Under the pieces are notes generated by a model, which did not search any database, was not told where the DNA came from, and worked only from the letters and a program-made list of their open reading frames with translations. From assembly GCA_052116865.1 (NCBI GenBank), contig JBQKKG010000001.1, positions 501,435 through 525,434 on the forward strand: 24,000 bases of DNA. The letters run 5' to 3'. Made by a program: the position numbers and the translations under genes. Below, piece by piece: positions 1-9,115 of the stretch; positions within the stretch are counted from its first letter, which is position 1, and the number at the start of each line of letters is the position of its first letter. The stretch comes from Lachnospiraceae bacterium LCP25S3_G4 (GTDB lineage: Bacteria > Bacillota > Clostridia > Lachnospirales > Lachnospiraceae).

Positions 1-468
1 TGCGTTGCAATTGTTAGTGTTTTTATAGATACATTTGTTATTTTAACATTAACAGCATTGGTAGTTTTAACTTCTGGAACCTTAAGACCAGATGGTTCTT
101 TGATAGGAACAGCTTTAACTCAATCAGCCTTTTCCACTGTTTTTGGTAGTTTTGGGAATATTTTTATTGCAATTTGTATGTTCTTCTTTGCGTTTTCAAC
201 TATTATTGGTTGGTATTTCTTTGGAGAAGCAAATGTTAAATATCTATTTGGTACAAAGGCCGTAAAGGTATATGCAATACTTGTATGTGTTATGGTTGTA
301 ATTGGCTCTACTCTTAAAGTAGAATTGGTATGGAGTATGGCTGATTTATTTAATGGACTAATGGTAATTCCAAACTTGGTTGCACTATTAGCGTTAAGCG
401 GTCTTGTTTGGAAAGTAAGTGCTGAGTATGACCAAATAAAAAAGAATCAAAAAAAACAAGATAAATAG
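1..468 (+). CDS. AGCS family sodium:alanine/amino acid symporter, C-terminal part (5' truncated by window edge)
   Basis: The frame is open from base 1 (CVAIVSVFIDTFVILTLTALVVLTSG...). Family-like features include FAFSTIIGWYFFGE, VWSMADLFNGLMVIPNLVALLALS and several hydrophobic segments. The track start at 58 is internal. Confidence 0.88.
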   Translation, partial: CVAIVSVFIDTFVILTLTALVVLTSGTLRPDGSLIGTALTQSAFSTVFGSFGNIFIAICMFFFAFSTIIGWYFFGEANVKYLFGTKAVKVYAILVCVMVVIGSTLKVELVWSMADLFNGLMVIPNLVALLALSGLVWKVSAEYDQIKKNQKKQDK

Positions 469-477
469 TTCTATTTT

Positions 478-524
478 AACAGCTAAAAGCTAGGAGGAAA
501 CTCTCTTTTCTTTTAGCTGTTTTT
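478..524 (+). terminator. Rho-independent terminator after the AGCS gene
   Basis: 12-bp perfect stem aacagctaaaag (478-489) / cttttagctgtt (510-521), with the T run extending to 524. Confidence 0.85.
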
Positions 525-587
525 CTATACAAAAAATATTTCTTATGATAAAATTAAAAAATAAAGAGTAAAGAAAAGGTGTGTATG

Positions 588-1691
588 ATGTATTATAAAA
601 AATATGGTAATACGCAGATGCAAGTGTCTGCGATTGGACTTGGAACAATGCGGTATGATGCTGAAGATGTTGCAAAGGGGCGACTAGAAGCGTGTGCAGA
701 AATACCTCTATATGCATTGGAAAAGGGAATTAATTATTGGGATACGGCGCCATTTTACTGTGATGACAAAAGTGAAATAGTAACTGGCATTGCTTTATCA
801 CAAGTAAAAAGAAGTGACGTCTATGTGACTTCTAAAACAAATCTAAATACGTTAGAACAAAGTACTTCAAGAGACGATTTTCGAAGAAGACTAGAGTTAT
901 CATTAAAACGTTTACAAACTGATTACATAGATTTTTATCATATGTGGTGTATGTTAAGTATTGAGTCTTGGGAGAAACACATGGATTCTTTATATAGATA
1001 TTTTGAAGAAGCTCAATCAGAAGGGATGATTCGTAATATTGTATTTTCTTCTCATATGCAGGGAAATGAGATTGAAACAGTAGTAAATAGCCAGAAGTTT
1101 AAAGGGATGCTAATTGGCTATAATGCATTGAATTATCGATTTAGACAAAGTGGAATTGAGGCAGCTTATAAAAAGGGTATGGGAGTCGTAGTGATGAATC
1201 CGCTAGGAGGTGGGATGATTCCGAATAACCCAGAACTTTTTTCTTATCTAACAGAAGGTACAGATCTAACTGTCAGTCAGGCGGCACTTCGGTTTGTCGC
1301 TTCACACAAAGAAATAACAATTACACTAGCAGGCTGCACTACAAAAGAACATGTAGATGATGCAGTTAAGGCGGTAGAAGGATTAGAAGAAAAGCCAACG
1401 AAACAAATTGTTCAGGATTATCATGATAAAGGCGCTGCGTTAAATAATTTGTGTACTAGTTGTGGATATTGCAAAGGATGTCCTGTGGGAATTGAGATAC
1501 CAAAGTATATGGACGCCTATAACCAAAAAGTTTTAACAGGTCAGGCACAAAAAATTACGGAACGTTTAGAGAACCATTGGGGAATTCCGAAAGAAAAAGC
1601 TGCCGATTGTCGTGGATGTAGTAGGTGCGAAATTGTATGTACACAACATCTTCCAATTATTCATAGATTGCAAGAAATTGCTAACTTATAA
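588..1691 (+). CDS. Aldo/keto reductase with C-terminal ferredoxin-like cysteine motifs (4Fe-4S type)
   Basis: Protein MYYKKYGNTQMQVSAIGLGTMRY...WDTAPFYCDDKSE. C-terminal CTSCGYCKGCPVGIEIPKY and CRGCSRCEIVC. The track's GTG start at 579 overlaps the aaaagg RBS-like sequence. ATG at 585 or 588 is better placed. Confidence 0.9.
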   Translation: MYYKKYGNTQMQVSAIGLGTMRYDAEDVAKGRLEACAEIPLYALEKGINYWDTAPFYCDDKSEIVTGIALSQVKRSDVYVTSKTNLNTLEQSTSRDDFRRRLELSLKRLQTDYIDFYHMWCMLSIESWEKHMDSLYRYFEEAQSEGMIRNIVFSSHMQGNEIETVVNSQKFKGMLIGYNALNYRFRQSGIEAAYKKGMGVVVMNPLGGGMIPNNPELFSYLTEGTDLTVSQAALRFVASHKEITITLAGCTTKEHVDDAVKAVEGLEEKPTKQIVQDYHDKGAALNNLCTSCGYCKGCPVGIEIPKYMDAYNQKVLTGQAQKITERLENHWGIPKEKAADCRGCSRCEIVCTQHLPIIHRLQEIANL

Positions 1692-1726
1692 AATTTTTTA
1701 ATATTGGCTAATGAGGAGGTTATGAA

Positions 1727-2164
1727 TTGAAAAAACGATTGGAGCAGGCCGCGAAGATACTAAAAGAGCAAAATGTAAGTTGTGTGATTTTAAAAGAGGG
1801 CCATCTACCATATTTATCGAATGAAATAGGAATCAAACCACTAATGGTCGAATTGCAGTCAGATAAGTATGCCTTTAGGGATGCAATTATTGCGGATAAG
1901 GTAGTAGGAAAAGCTGCAGCATTGATGGCCATATTGGGTGGTGCAATGGCAATTTATGGAGAGGTTATGAGTGAGGAAGCTATTGCGGTTCTAGAATCAC
2001 ATCATATTATATATGGATATGGAACAAAAGTATCTTATATTGAAAATCGTAGAAAAACGGACAGATGCCCCTTAGAAAATGCGGTCATGCATATTGACGA
2101 TCCTCAAATCGCCTTTGATGTGTTAGAGCAGACCATACGAAGGTTGATGCAACCGATACAATAA
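1727..2164 (+). CDS. DUF1893 family protein (TM1506-like; deaminase-like fold by family knowledge)
   Basis: Family-like pattern: GIKPLMVEL...ADKVVGKAAALMAILGGAMAIYGEVMSEEAIAVLE...VSYIENRRKTDRCPLENAV. TTG start preceded by gaggaggt at 1713-1720. Confidence 0.85.
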   Translation: MKKRLEQAAKILKEQNVSCVILKEGHLPYLSNEIGIKPLMVELQSDKYAFRDAIIADKVVGKAAALMAILGGAMAIYGEVMSEEAIAVLESHHIIYGYGTKVSYIENRRKTDRCPLENAVMHIDDPQIAFDVLEQTIRRLMQPIQ

Positions 2165-2191
2165 AGAATTAGGATAAGGTATGAATATATG

Positions 2192-2248
2192 CTAGAACGT
2201 GGTACTGGTTTGAACTCCAGTGCCACGTTCTAGTTATTCGGATTTTTT
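2192..2248 (+). terminator. Long intergenic hairpin, possible terminator
   Basis: 17-bp stem ctagaacgtggtactgg (2192-2208) / ccagtgccacgttctag (2217-2233) with one G-U pair and an 8-nt loop. The T6 tract lies about 9 nt downstream (2243-2248), not immediately adjacent. Confidence 0.6.
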
Positions 2249-2481
2249 GATGTACATATTACACAACACAATTCTTGAGATAAGTTCTAAAATATTTTTG
2301 ATAATTACCTATAATTATTTCTCCAATCACACATATTATTAGGAGATAGAATTGGAAATTAAATTCTAAAATAATTCTAAAACATATAAACAAGAAATCA
2401 AGTAATGCGGAAAGAGGTTTTAAAATAAACAAAATTAGTGTATAGTAATAAATGATTGTAAATTTCAAATGGAGAAAAATT

Positions 2482-5097
2482 ATGGAAAAAAAAATAGTAT
2501 TAATAGATGGTCACAGTATATTAAATAGAGCATTTTATGGAGTACCAGATTTGACAAATTCTCAAGGACTTCATACAAATGCGATTTATGGGTTTTTAAA
2601 TATTTTATTTAAAATTATAGATGAAGAGCAACCGGATTATTTGACGGTCGCATTTGATGTGAGTGCACCTACCTTTCGCCATAAGATGTTTGAAGGGTAT
2701 AAGGGAACTAGAAAGCCTATGTCAGAGGAACTTAGAGAACAAGTACCCGTTATGAAAGAGGTATTACACGCAATGGGGGTTAAGACAATAGAAAAAGCTG
2801 GATTAGAGGCGGATGATTTATTAGGTACCATTGCGAATTTTTGTGAGCAGAAAGGCATTGAAGTATCGGTTATTTCTGGGGATCGTGACTTACTACAGTT
2901 AGCAACAGAACATGTAAAGATTAGAATACCAAAGACAAAACAAGGGAAAACAGAAGTTGAAGATTATTATGCAAATGAAGTGAAAGAACGGTATCAAGTG
3001 ACGCCAAAAGAGTTTATTGATCTTAAGGCATTAATGGGTGACGCATCAGACAATATTCCTGGAGTTCCTAGTATCGGGGAAAAGACTGCTACAAAAATTA
3101 TAACAGAATATGGATCGATTGAAAATGCATATGCACATATAGCGGAAGTAAAACCTCCAAGAGCCAGTAAAGCATTAGAGGAGCACTATGATTTGGCACA
3201 AATGAGCAAAGAACTTGCAACAATAGAAGTAAATGCAGAAATTGAGTTTGAATTAGAAGATGCAGCACTAGGAGATCTTTTTACTCCAGAAGCATATTCC
3301 TATTTTCAACAATTGCAATTTAAAAATCTATTAGGTCGTTTTCAGGTGATTTTACCTACTAACAAATTAGAAGAGTCTTTTCAATATATAGCAGATAAGA
3401 CAAAGGCAGAAGCTGTTTTTTTAAAAGCAAAAGCAGCCAATGTAGTTGGTGTTTCATTTTCGAAGGATACAAAAAATACATTACCACTTTTTATACATGA
3501 ATCAGGGATAGGTGGGATTGGAATAGCATTTGGCAAAGAAGATATCTATGTTATTCATGCACAAAATGATATAACCATAGAATTCTTGCTAGAACAGATT
3601 GGGCGATTATCTGCTTCGGTAAAGACTATTGCAATGATGGATATTAAAGAGGCCATAAATTACATCCCGTTTGTAGATCCACAGGTATGCTTTGATGTTA
3701 CAGTCGCATCTTATTTGTTAAACCCATTAAAAAATGATTATCACTGTGAGGATGTTGCAAGAGAGCATCTAGATCTTATTTTAAATGATAAGCTAGAGCT
3801 AGAAGTTAGGGCCTGCTATGAAGCATATATCGTATTTGCATCGGTGGAACCATTACAATATAAATTAAAGCAAACAAATATGTTACAGTTATTTGACACA
3901 ATTGAAATGCCATTAGTATTTGCGCTCTATGATATGGAACAAGCTGGAGTAAAGATTGAATCAGATGCATTGCATTATTATGGGGAGCAGCTAGGAGAAC
4001 GAATCAAAGATTTGGAGACCAGTATTTATGATATGGCAGGAGAGCAGTTCAATATTAATTCACCAAAACAATTGGGAATTGTACTTTTTGAACATCTAGA
4101 ATTACCAAATGGAAAAAAGACAAAAACTGGGTACTCTACTTCTGCGGATGTATTGGAAAAGCTTTCCGATGAATTTTCAATTGTTGCATTGATTTTAGAG
4201 TATCGTCAATTAACAAAATTAAAATCCACTTATGCAGATGGATTGGCTAATTATATAGGAGCAGATGGACGAATTCATGGTACATTTAATCAGACGATTA
4301 CGGCTACAGGAAGAATAAGCAGTACAGAACCCAATCTTCAAAATATTCCTATTCGAATGGAGTTAGGTCGGTTGATTCGGAAAGTATTTATTCCAGAGGA
4401 AGGATATGTATTTGTAGATGCTGATTACTCGCAAATTGAATTAAGAATTCTAGCACATTGTTCCGGTGATTCACAATTAATTAATGCTTATAAAGAGGCA
4501 AAAGATATTCATAAAATCACGGCTTCTCAAGTTTTTCACACGCCTTTTGATGATGTGACTGACTTACAACGTCGTAATGCTAAGGCTGTTAATTTTGGAA
4601 TTGTATACGGAATTAGTTCCTTTGGCCTTAGTCAAGATTTGAGTATTACGAAAAAGGAAGCTGCGAGTTATATTGAACGTTACTTTGAAACGTATCCGGG
4701 GATTAAACGGTTTTTAGATGATACAGTAGAACATGCGAAAAAGGATGGACATGTTGTAACACTTTTTGGGCGTAGACGTCCTATCCCAGAATTATCTTCT
4801 AGTAATTTCATGAAACGTTCCTTTGGGGAACGTGTAGCCATGAATTCACCAATCCAGGGAACGGCTGCTGACATTATGAAAATAGCGATGATTGGTGTGA
4901 ATAATAAGCTAAAAGAAAAGAATATGAAGTCTAAAGTGGTATTACAGGTGCATGACGAATTATTGATAGAGGCACATCAGGAAGAATTAGAAGAAGTAAA
5001 ACATATTTTAAAATATGAGATGGAACATGCCGCATCATTAGATGTTCCATTAGAAATTGATATGCATACAGGCACTAATTGGTATGAAACGAAATAA
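2482..5097 (+). CDS. polA: DNA polymerase I
   Basis: 5'-3' exonuclease domain (LIDGHSILNRAFYG, GDRDLLQLA, GDASDNIPGVPSIGEKTA) and family A polymerase motifs (DYSQIELRILAH, RRNAKAVNFGIVYGISSFGLS, QVHDELLIE). ATG at 2482 with ggagaaaa RBS; the track start at 2452 adds ten unlikely codons. Confidence 0.97.
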   Translation: MEKKIVLIDGHSILNRAFYGVPDLTNSQGLHTNAIYGFLNILFKIIDEEQPDYLTVAFDVSAPTFRHKMFEGYKGTRKPMSEELREQVPVMKEVLHAMGVKTIEKAGLEADDLLGTIANFCEQKGIEVSVISGDRDLLQLATEHVKIRIPKTKQGKTEVEDYYANEVKERYQVTPKEFIDLKALMGDASDNIPGVPSIGEKTATKIITEYGSIENAYAHIAEVKPPRASKALEEHYDLAQMSKELATIEVNAEIEFELEDAALGDLFTPEAYSYFQQLQFKNLLGRFQVILPTNKLEESFQYIADKTKAEAVFLKAKAANVVGVSFSKDTKNTLPLFIHESGIGGIGIAFGKEDIYVIHAQNDITIEFLLEQIGRLSASVKTIAMMDIKEAINYIPFVDPQVCFDVTVASYLLNPLKNDYHCEDVAREHLDLILNDKLELEVRACYEAYIVFASVEPLQYKLKQTNMLQLFDTIEMPLVFALYDMEQAGVKIESDALHYYGEQLGERIKDLETSIYDMAGEQFNINSPKQLGIVLFEHLELPNGKKTKTGYSTSADVLEKLSDEFSIVALILEYRQLTKLKSTYADGLANYIGADGRIHGTFNQTITATGRISSTEPNLQNIPIRMELGRLIRKVFIPEEGYVFVDADYSQIELRILAHCSGDSQLINAYKEAKDIHKITASQVFHTPFDDVTDLQRRNAKAVNFGIVYGISSFGLSQDLSITKKEAASYIERYFETYPGIKRFLDDTVEHAKKDGHVVTLFGRRRPIPELSSSNFMKRSFGERVAMNSPIQGTAADIMKIAMIGVNNKLKEKNMKSKVVLQVHDELLIEAHQEELEEVKHILKYEMEHAASLDVPLEIDMHTGTNWYETK

Positions 5098-5111
5098 CAG
5101 CAGAGGTGTTT

Positions 5112-5708
5112 ATGAAGATATTAGGAGTTACGGGTGGCGTTGGATCAGGTAAAAGTTCCATATTAGAATATTTAGAAAAGAACTACGGTGCAAAGGTATA
5201 TCAAGCTGATGCAATTGCTCATAAATTGCAAGAACCTCATAACCAATGCTATGAACGTATTGTGGAACATTTTGGCCGTGTAATTTTAAATGCAGATAGC
5301 ACGATAGATCGCAGTATATTAGGATCTATCGTGTTTCGTGATAGTAAAGAATTATCCGTATTAAATCAAATAGTACATCCAGAAGTCAAGTCCTATATTC
5401 TGGATTCAATCAAAGAAGAACAACAGTTAGGAACGGGACTGTATGTGTTGGAGGCTGCATTGTTGTTAGAAGATAATTATGATGAAATTTGTGATGACAT
5501 ATGGTACATTTTTGCGGATGAACAAACCAGAAGAATGCGATTAAAGGCTGATAGAGGTTATAGCGAGCAACGGATTAATACAGTATTACAATCACAGCTA
5601 TCAGAAGTAGAGTTCAAGAGTAAGTGTCATGTTACTATAGATAATAGTGGAGCATTAGAAACAACCTATCAACAGATAGATCAATTAATGGAGAAGTACA
5701 TATCATGA
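5112..5708 (+). CDS. coaE: Dephospho-CoA kinase
   Basis: MKILGVTGGVGSGKSSILEYLEKNYGAKVYQADAIAH with P-loop and the later VHPEVKSYI. ATG 5112 follows agagg; the track's GTG 5106 is likely too early. Confidence 0.94.
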   Translation: MKILGVTGGVGSGKSSILEYLEKNYGAKVYQADAIAHKLQEPHNQCYERIVEHFGRVILNADSTIDRSILGSIVFRDSKELSVLNQIVHPEVKSYILDSIKEEQQLGTGLYVLEAALLLEDNYDEICDDIWYIFADEQTRRMRLKADRGYSEQRINTVLQSQLSEVEFKSKCHVTIDNSGALETTYQQIDQLMEKYIS

Positions 5709-6502
5709 GATTATGCAGTATAGCAAGTGGAAGTAGTGGAAATTGTATCTATGTAGGGAGTGACTCAACACATCTACTGATAGATACTGGAATTAGTAAA
5801 AAAAGAGTGGAAGAAGGATTACATAAAATTGGTATAAAGGGTGAAGAACTTAGTGGAATTTTAATTACCCATGAGCACAGTGATCATATCCAAGGGTTGG
5901 GAGTATTCAGTAGGAAGTATGGGATACCAATCTATGCAACAAAAGGAACGCTAGTAGGTATTAAAGAGTGTCAAAAATTAGGTCCTATGCCCGAAGGTCT
6001 GTATCAAGAAATTGAAGAAAATCAAAACTTTCAATTAGGAGATTTATATGTTCATCCCTTTACAATTTCTCATGATGCGAGACAGCCATCTGGTTATCGC
6101 ATAGAACAAAATCATAAGGCAGTTGCGGTAGCAACTGACCTTGGAAGATACGATGAATACACGGTTTCTAAATTACAATCCCTAGATGCAATACTATTGG
6201 AAGCAAATCATGATGTACACATGTTAGAAGTTGGAAGTTATCCGTATTATTTGAAGAAAAGGGTACTTGGTGATCGAGGACATTTATCAAATGAATTGTC
6301 AGGAAGATTACTTTGTGATATACTACATGACAATCTAAAACATGTCATACTTGGACATCTGAGTAAAGAGAATAACTATGCGAAACTTGCGTATGAAACA
6401 GTAAAGCTTGAAGTTACGATGAGTGATATACCATATCAAGGAAATGATATCAACCTAAGTGTAGCCAAAAGAGATACTGTATCAGATATAGTAACTATTT
6501 GA
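5705..6502 (+). CDS. walJ: MBL-fold metallo-hydrolase, WalJ/YycJ family
   Basis: MRLCSIASGSSGNCIYVGSDSTHLLIDTGIS, ILITHEHSDHIQGLGVFSRKYGIPIYAT, VILGHLSKENN. Overlaps the coaE stop by ATGA. Confidence 0.88.
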   Translation: MRLCSIASGSSGNCIYVGSDSTHLLIDTGISKKRVEEGLHKIGIKGEELSGILITHEHSDHIQGLGVFSRKYGIPIYATKGTLVGIKECQKLGPMPEGLYQEIEENQNFQLGDLYVHPFTISHDARQPSGYRIEQNHKAVAVATDLGRYDEYTVSKLQSLDAILLEANHDVHMLEVGSYPYYLKKRVLGDRGHLSNELSGRLLCDILHDNLKHVILGHLSKENNYAKLAYETVKLEVTMSDIPYQGNDINLSVAKRDTVSDIVTI

Positions 6503-6523
6503 CAAAAAACAGGAGGAAGCGAC

Positions 6524-6796
6524 ATGAAGAAAAGTATTGTAACTGTAGTAGGACAAGATACCGTAGGTATTATTGCTAAGGTATGTACATATTTGGCCGA
6601 TAATGGTATCAACGTATTAGATATCTCTCAAACGATTGTACAGGGGTATTTTAATATGATGATGATAATTGATACAACTAATGCGAAGAAAGAACTTTCT
6701 GCTATATCAAATGACTTGGATGCGTTAGGAATTCAAATAGGGGTAAATATTCGTTGTCAAAGAGAAGAAATATTCAAGAAAATGCATAGACTCTAA
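6524..6796 (+). CDS. ACT domain-containing protein (UPF0237 type)
   Basis: MKKSIVTVVGQDTVGIIAKVCTYLADNGINVLDISQTIVQGYFNMMMIID is a stand-alone ACT domain. Preceded by an aggaggaagc RBS. Confidence 0.9.
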   Translation: MKKSIVTVVGQDTVGIIAKVCTYLADNGINVLDISQTIVQGYFNMMMIIDTTNAKKELSAISNDLDALGIQIGVNIRCQREEIFKKMHRL

Positions 6797-6822
6797 TACA
6801 ACGAAAGGATAAGGAATGATGT

Positions 6823-8187
6823 ATGTTGAACTTATATGAAGTATCAGAAACAAACCAGATGATTGAGGAAGAGAACCTCGACGTTAGAACAATTACGTTA
6901 GGAATTAGTCTATTAGACTGTATAGATTCAGATTTAAATATATTAAAGCAAAATATCTATCATAAAATAACAACTATTGCGAAAGACTTAGTAGCAACAG
7001 GTAAAGAAATAGAACAAGATTTTGGAATACCAATTGTGAACAAAAGAATCTCCATAACACCGATATCACTAATCGGTGCAGCTGCATGTAAGTCATCAGA
7101 AGACTTTGTTGAGATTGCTAGGACATTGGATGAAGCTGCAAAAGTCGTTGGCGTAAACTTTATTGGTGGATACTCGGCACTCGTGTCTAAGGGGATGACC
7201 GCAAGTGATGAATATCTGATTCGTTCCATTCCGAAGGCATTATCAGTAACAGAACGAATTTGCAGTTCTGTAAATGTTGGCTCAACTAGATGTGGTATTA
7301 ATATGGATGCAGTTCGTTTATGTGGAGAAATTGTGAAATCAACAGCTGTTGCAACAAAGGATAATGATTCTTTGGGATGTGCAAAATTAGTGATTTTTTG
7401 CAATGCACCGGATGATAATCCATTTATGGCAGGTGCTTTTTTAGGTGTTACAGAAGCAGATGCTATAATTAATGTTGGAGTGAGTGGGCCAGGAGTTGTG
7501 AAACATGCCTTAGAGGCAGTGCGAGGGCAGGGATTTGAAAAGCTTTGTGAAACGATTAAAAAGACTGCATTTAAAGTGACTAGAGTTGGCCAGTTAGTGG
7601 CAGGCGAAGCTTCAAAACGGTTAGGAATTCCATTTGGAATTATCGATTTATCACTTGCACCTACGCCGGCTGTTGGTGATAGTGTTGCTGAAATCCTAGA
7701 AGAGATTGGTCTAGAGCGAGTAGGAGCACCTGGTACCACGGCGGCATTAGCTATGTTGAATGATCAAGTGAAAAAAGGAGGAGTTATGGCATCCTCATAT
7801 GTGGGTGGATTAAGTGGAGCGTTTATACCAGTAAGCGAGGATCAAGGCATGATTGACGCAGTGAATGCTGGGGCTTTGACGTTAGAAAAATTAGAAGCCA
7901 TGACATGTGTATGTTCGGTTGGACTTGATATGATAGCCATTCCTGGAAAAACTACAGCAACGACTATTGCAGGAATTATCGCAGACGAAATGGCAATTGG
8001 TATGGTTAATCAAAAGACAACAGCCGTTAGATTAATACCTGTCGTTGGAAAAGAAGTTGGTGAGGTTGCAGAATTTGGTGGGTTATTAGGATATGCTCCA
8101 ATCATGCCTGTGAATGAATTTTCATGTGAAGCATTTGTAAATCGAAAAGGTCGTATTCCGGCACCAATTCATAGTTTTAAAAATTAA
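6823..8187 (+). CDS. UPF0210/DUF711 family protein (PFL family)
   Basis: Protein with [81 protein letters not shown]. Located directly after the ACT gene. RBS aagga. Confidence 0.9.
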   Translation: MLNLYEVSETNQMIEEENLDVRTITLGISLLDCIDSDLNILKQNIYHKITTIAKDLVATGKEIEQDFGIPIVNKRISITPISLIGAAACKSSEDFVEIARTLDEAAKVVGVNFIGGYSALVSKGMTASDEYLIRSIPKALSVTERICSSVNVGSTRCGINMDAVRLCGEIVKSTAVATKDNDSLGCAKLVIFCNAPDDNPFMAGAFLGVTEADAIINVGVSGPGVVKHALEAVRGQGFEKLCETIKKTAFKVTRVGQLVAGEASKRLGIPFGIIDLSLAPTPAVGDSVAEILEEIGLERVGAPGTTAALAMLNDQVKKGGVMASSYVGGLSGAFIPVSEDQGMIDAVNAGALTLEKLEAMTCVCSVGLDMIAIPGKTTATTIAGIIADEMAIGMVNQKTTAVRLIPVVGKEVGEVAEFGGLLGYAPIMPVNEFSCEAFVNRKGRIPAPIHSFKN

Positions 8188-8205
8188 TTTAAAGGAAGAT
8201 TCAAT

Positions 8206-9057
8206 ATGAAAAAAATAGCAATAGTAACAGATAGCAATAGTGGCATCACGCAAGCGGAAGGAGAAATCCTTGGAGTAACAATATTACCAATGCCTTTTTA
8301 TATAGATGGAACATTATTTTTTGAGGATATCACATTAACGCAAGAGGAATTTTACAAAAAATTGGAGGAAAATTCCGATATTTCAACATCGCAGCCTTCG
8401 CCCGGAGATGTCATTGATTTGTGGGATGAATTATTAAAATCGTATGACGAAATTGTATATATTCCGATGTCTAGTGGATTGAGTAGTTCTTGTCAAACAG
8501 CTCAAATGCTTTCAGAAGAATATGAAGAACAAGTTTTTGTAGTAAATAATCAACGAATTTCTGTTACACAAAGGCAATCTGTTCTAGATGCTATTAGTCT
8601 TGCTGAGTCTGGAAAAAAAGGGAAAGAAATTAAGCAAATCTTAGAAGCAGAGAAGTTCGAATCAAGTATTTATATAACAGTAGATACATTAAAGTATTTG
8701 AAGAAAGGTGGTAGAATTACTCCAGCTGCGGCTGCCATAGGTACAGTTTTAAATTTAAAGCCGGTTCTTACAATCCAAGGAGAAAAGTTAGATGCCTATG
8801 CGAAGGTGCGCGGGTGGAAGCAAGCTAAAAAAACCATGTTAGAGGCAATGTCGAAAGATTTAGAAGAAAGATTTACAGACAAAGAGGTATGTATTTACGT
8901 TGCATATACTGGAAAAAAGGAAGATGTAGAATCTTGGGTACAAGAAGTAAAAGTTAGATTCCCAGAACGCGAATTTTTTATGGCACCCCTATCTCTTAGT
9001 GTATCGTGTCACTTAGGGCCGGGAGCCATGGCAATTGCATGCAGTAAAAAAATATAA
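8206..9057 (+). CDS. DegV family (fatty-acid-binding) protein
   Basis: KKIAIVTDSNSGI, DISTSQPSPGDVIDLWDELLKSYDEIVYIPMSSGLSSSCQTAQML, YLKKGGRITPAAAAIGTVLNLKPVLTIQGEKLDAYAKVRG. Confidence 0.93.
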   Translation: MKKIAIVTDSNSGITQAEGEILGVTILPMPFYIDGTLFFEDITLTQEEFYKKLEENSDISTSQPSPGDVIDLWDELLKSYDEIVYIPMSSGLSSSCQTAQMLSEEYEEQVFVVNNQRISVTQRQSVLDAISLAESGKKGKEIKQILEAEKFESSIYITVDTLKYLKKGGRITPAAAAIGTVLNLKPVLTIQGEKLDAYAKVRGWKQAKKTMLEAMSKDLEERFTDKEVCIYVAYTGKKEDVESWVQEVKVRFPEREFFMAPLSLSVSCHLGPGAMAIACSKKI

Positions 9058-9058
9058 T

Positions 9059-9113
9059 AAAAAAGACATATAATACAACGTCTAAGAGCGGGCACATATT
9101 ATATGTCTTTTTA
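9059..9113. terminator. Bidirectional terminator between convergent degV-like gene and tmcAL
   Basis: Perfect inverted repeat aaaagacatataata (9061-9075) / tattatatgtctttt (9097-9111), with an A run 5' and a T run 3', located between converging stop codons. Confidence 0.8.
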
Positions 9114-9115
9114 CA

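Noticed and set aside
2259-2468. 69-aa hydrophobic minus-strand ORF covering the polA leader
   Set aside because: TTG start with no recognisable RBS. AT-rich DNA commonly gives hydrophobic translations, and there is no domain similarity I can recognise.
6960-7739. 259-aa minus-strand ORF
   Set aside because: Fully antisense to the well-supported UPF0210 CDS. Ser/Pro/Thr-rich composition looks like a reverse-frame artefact with no recognisable domain.
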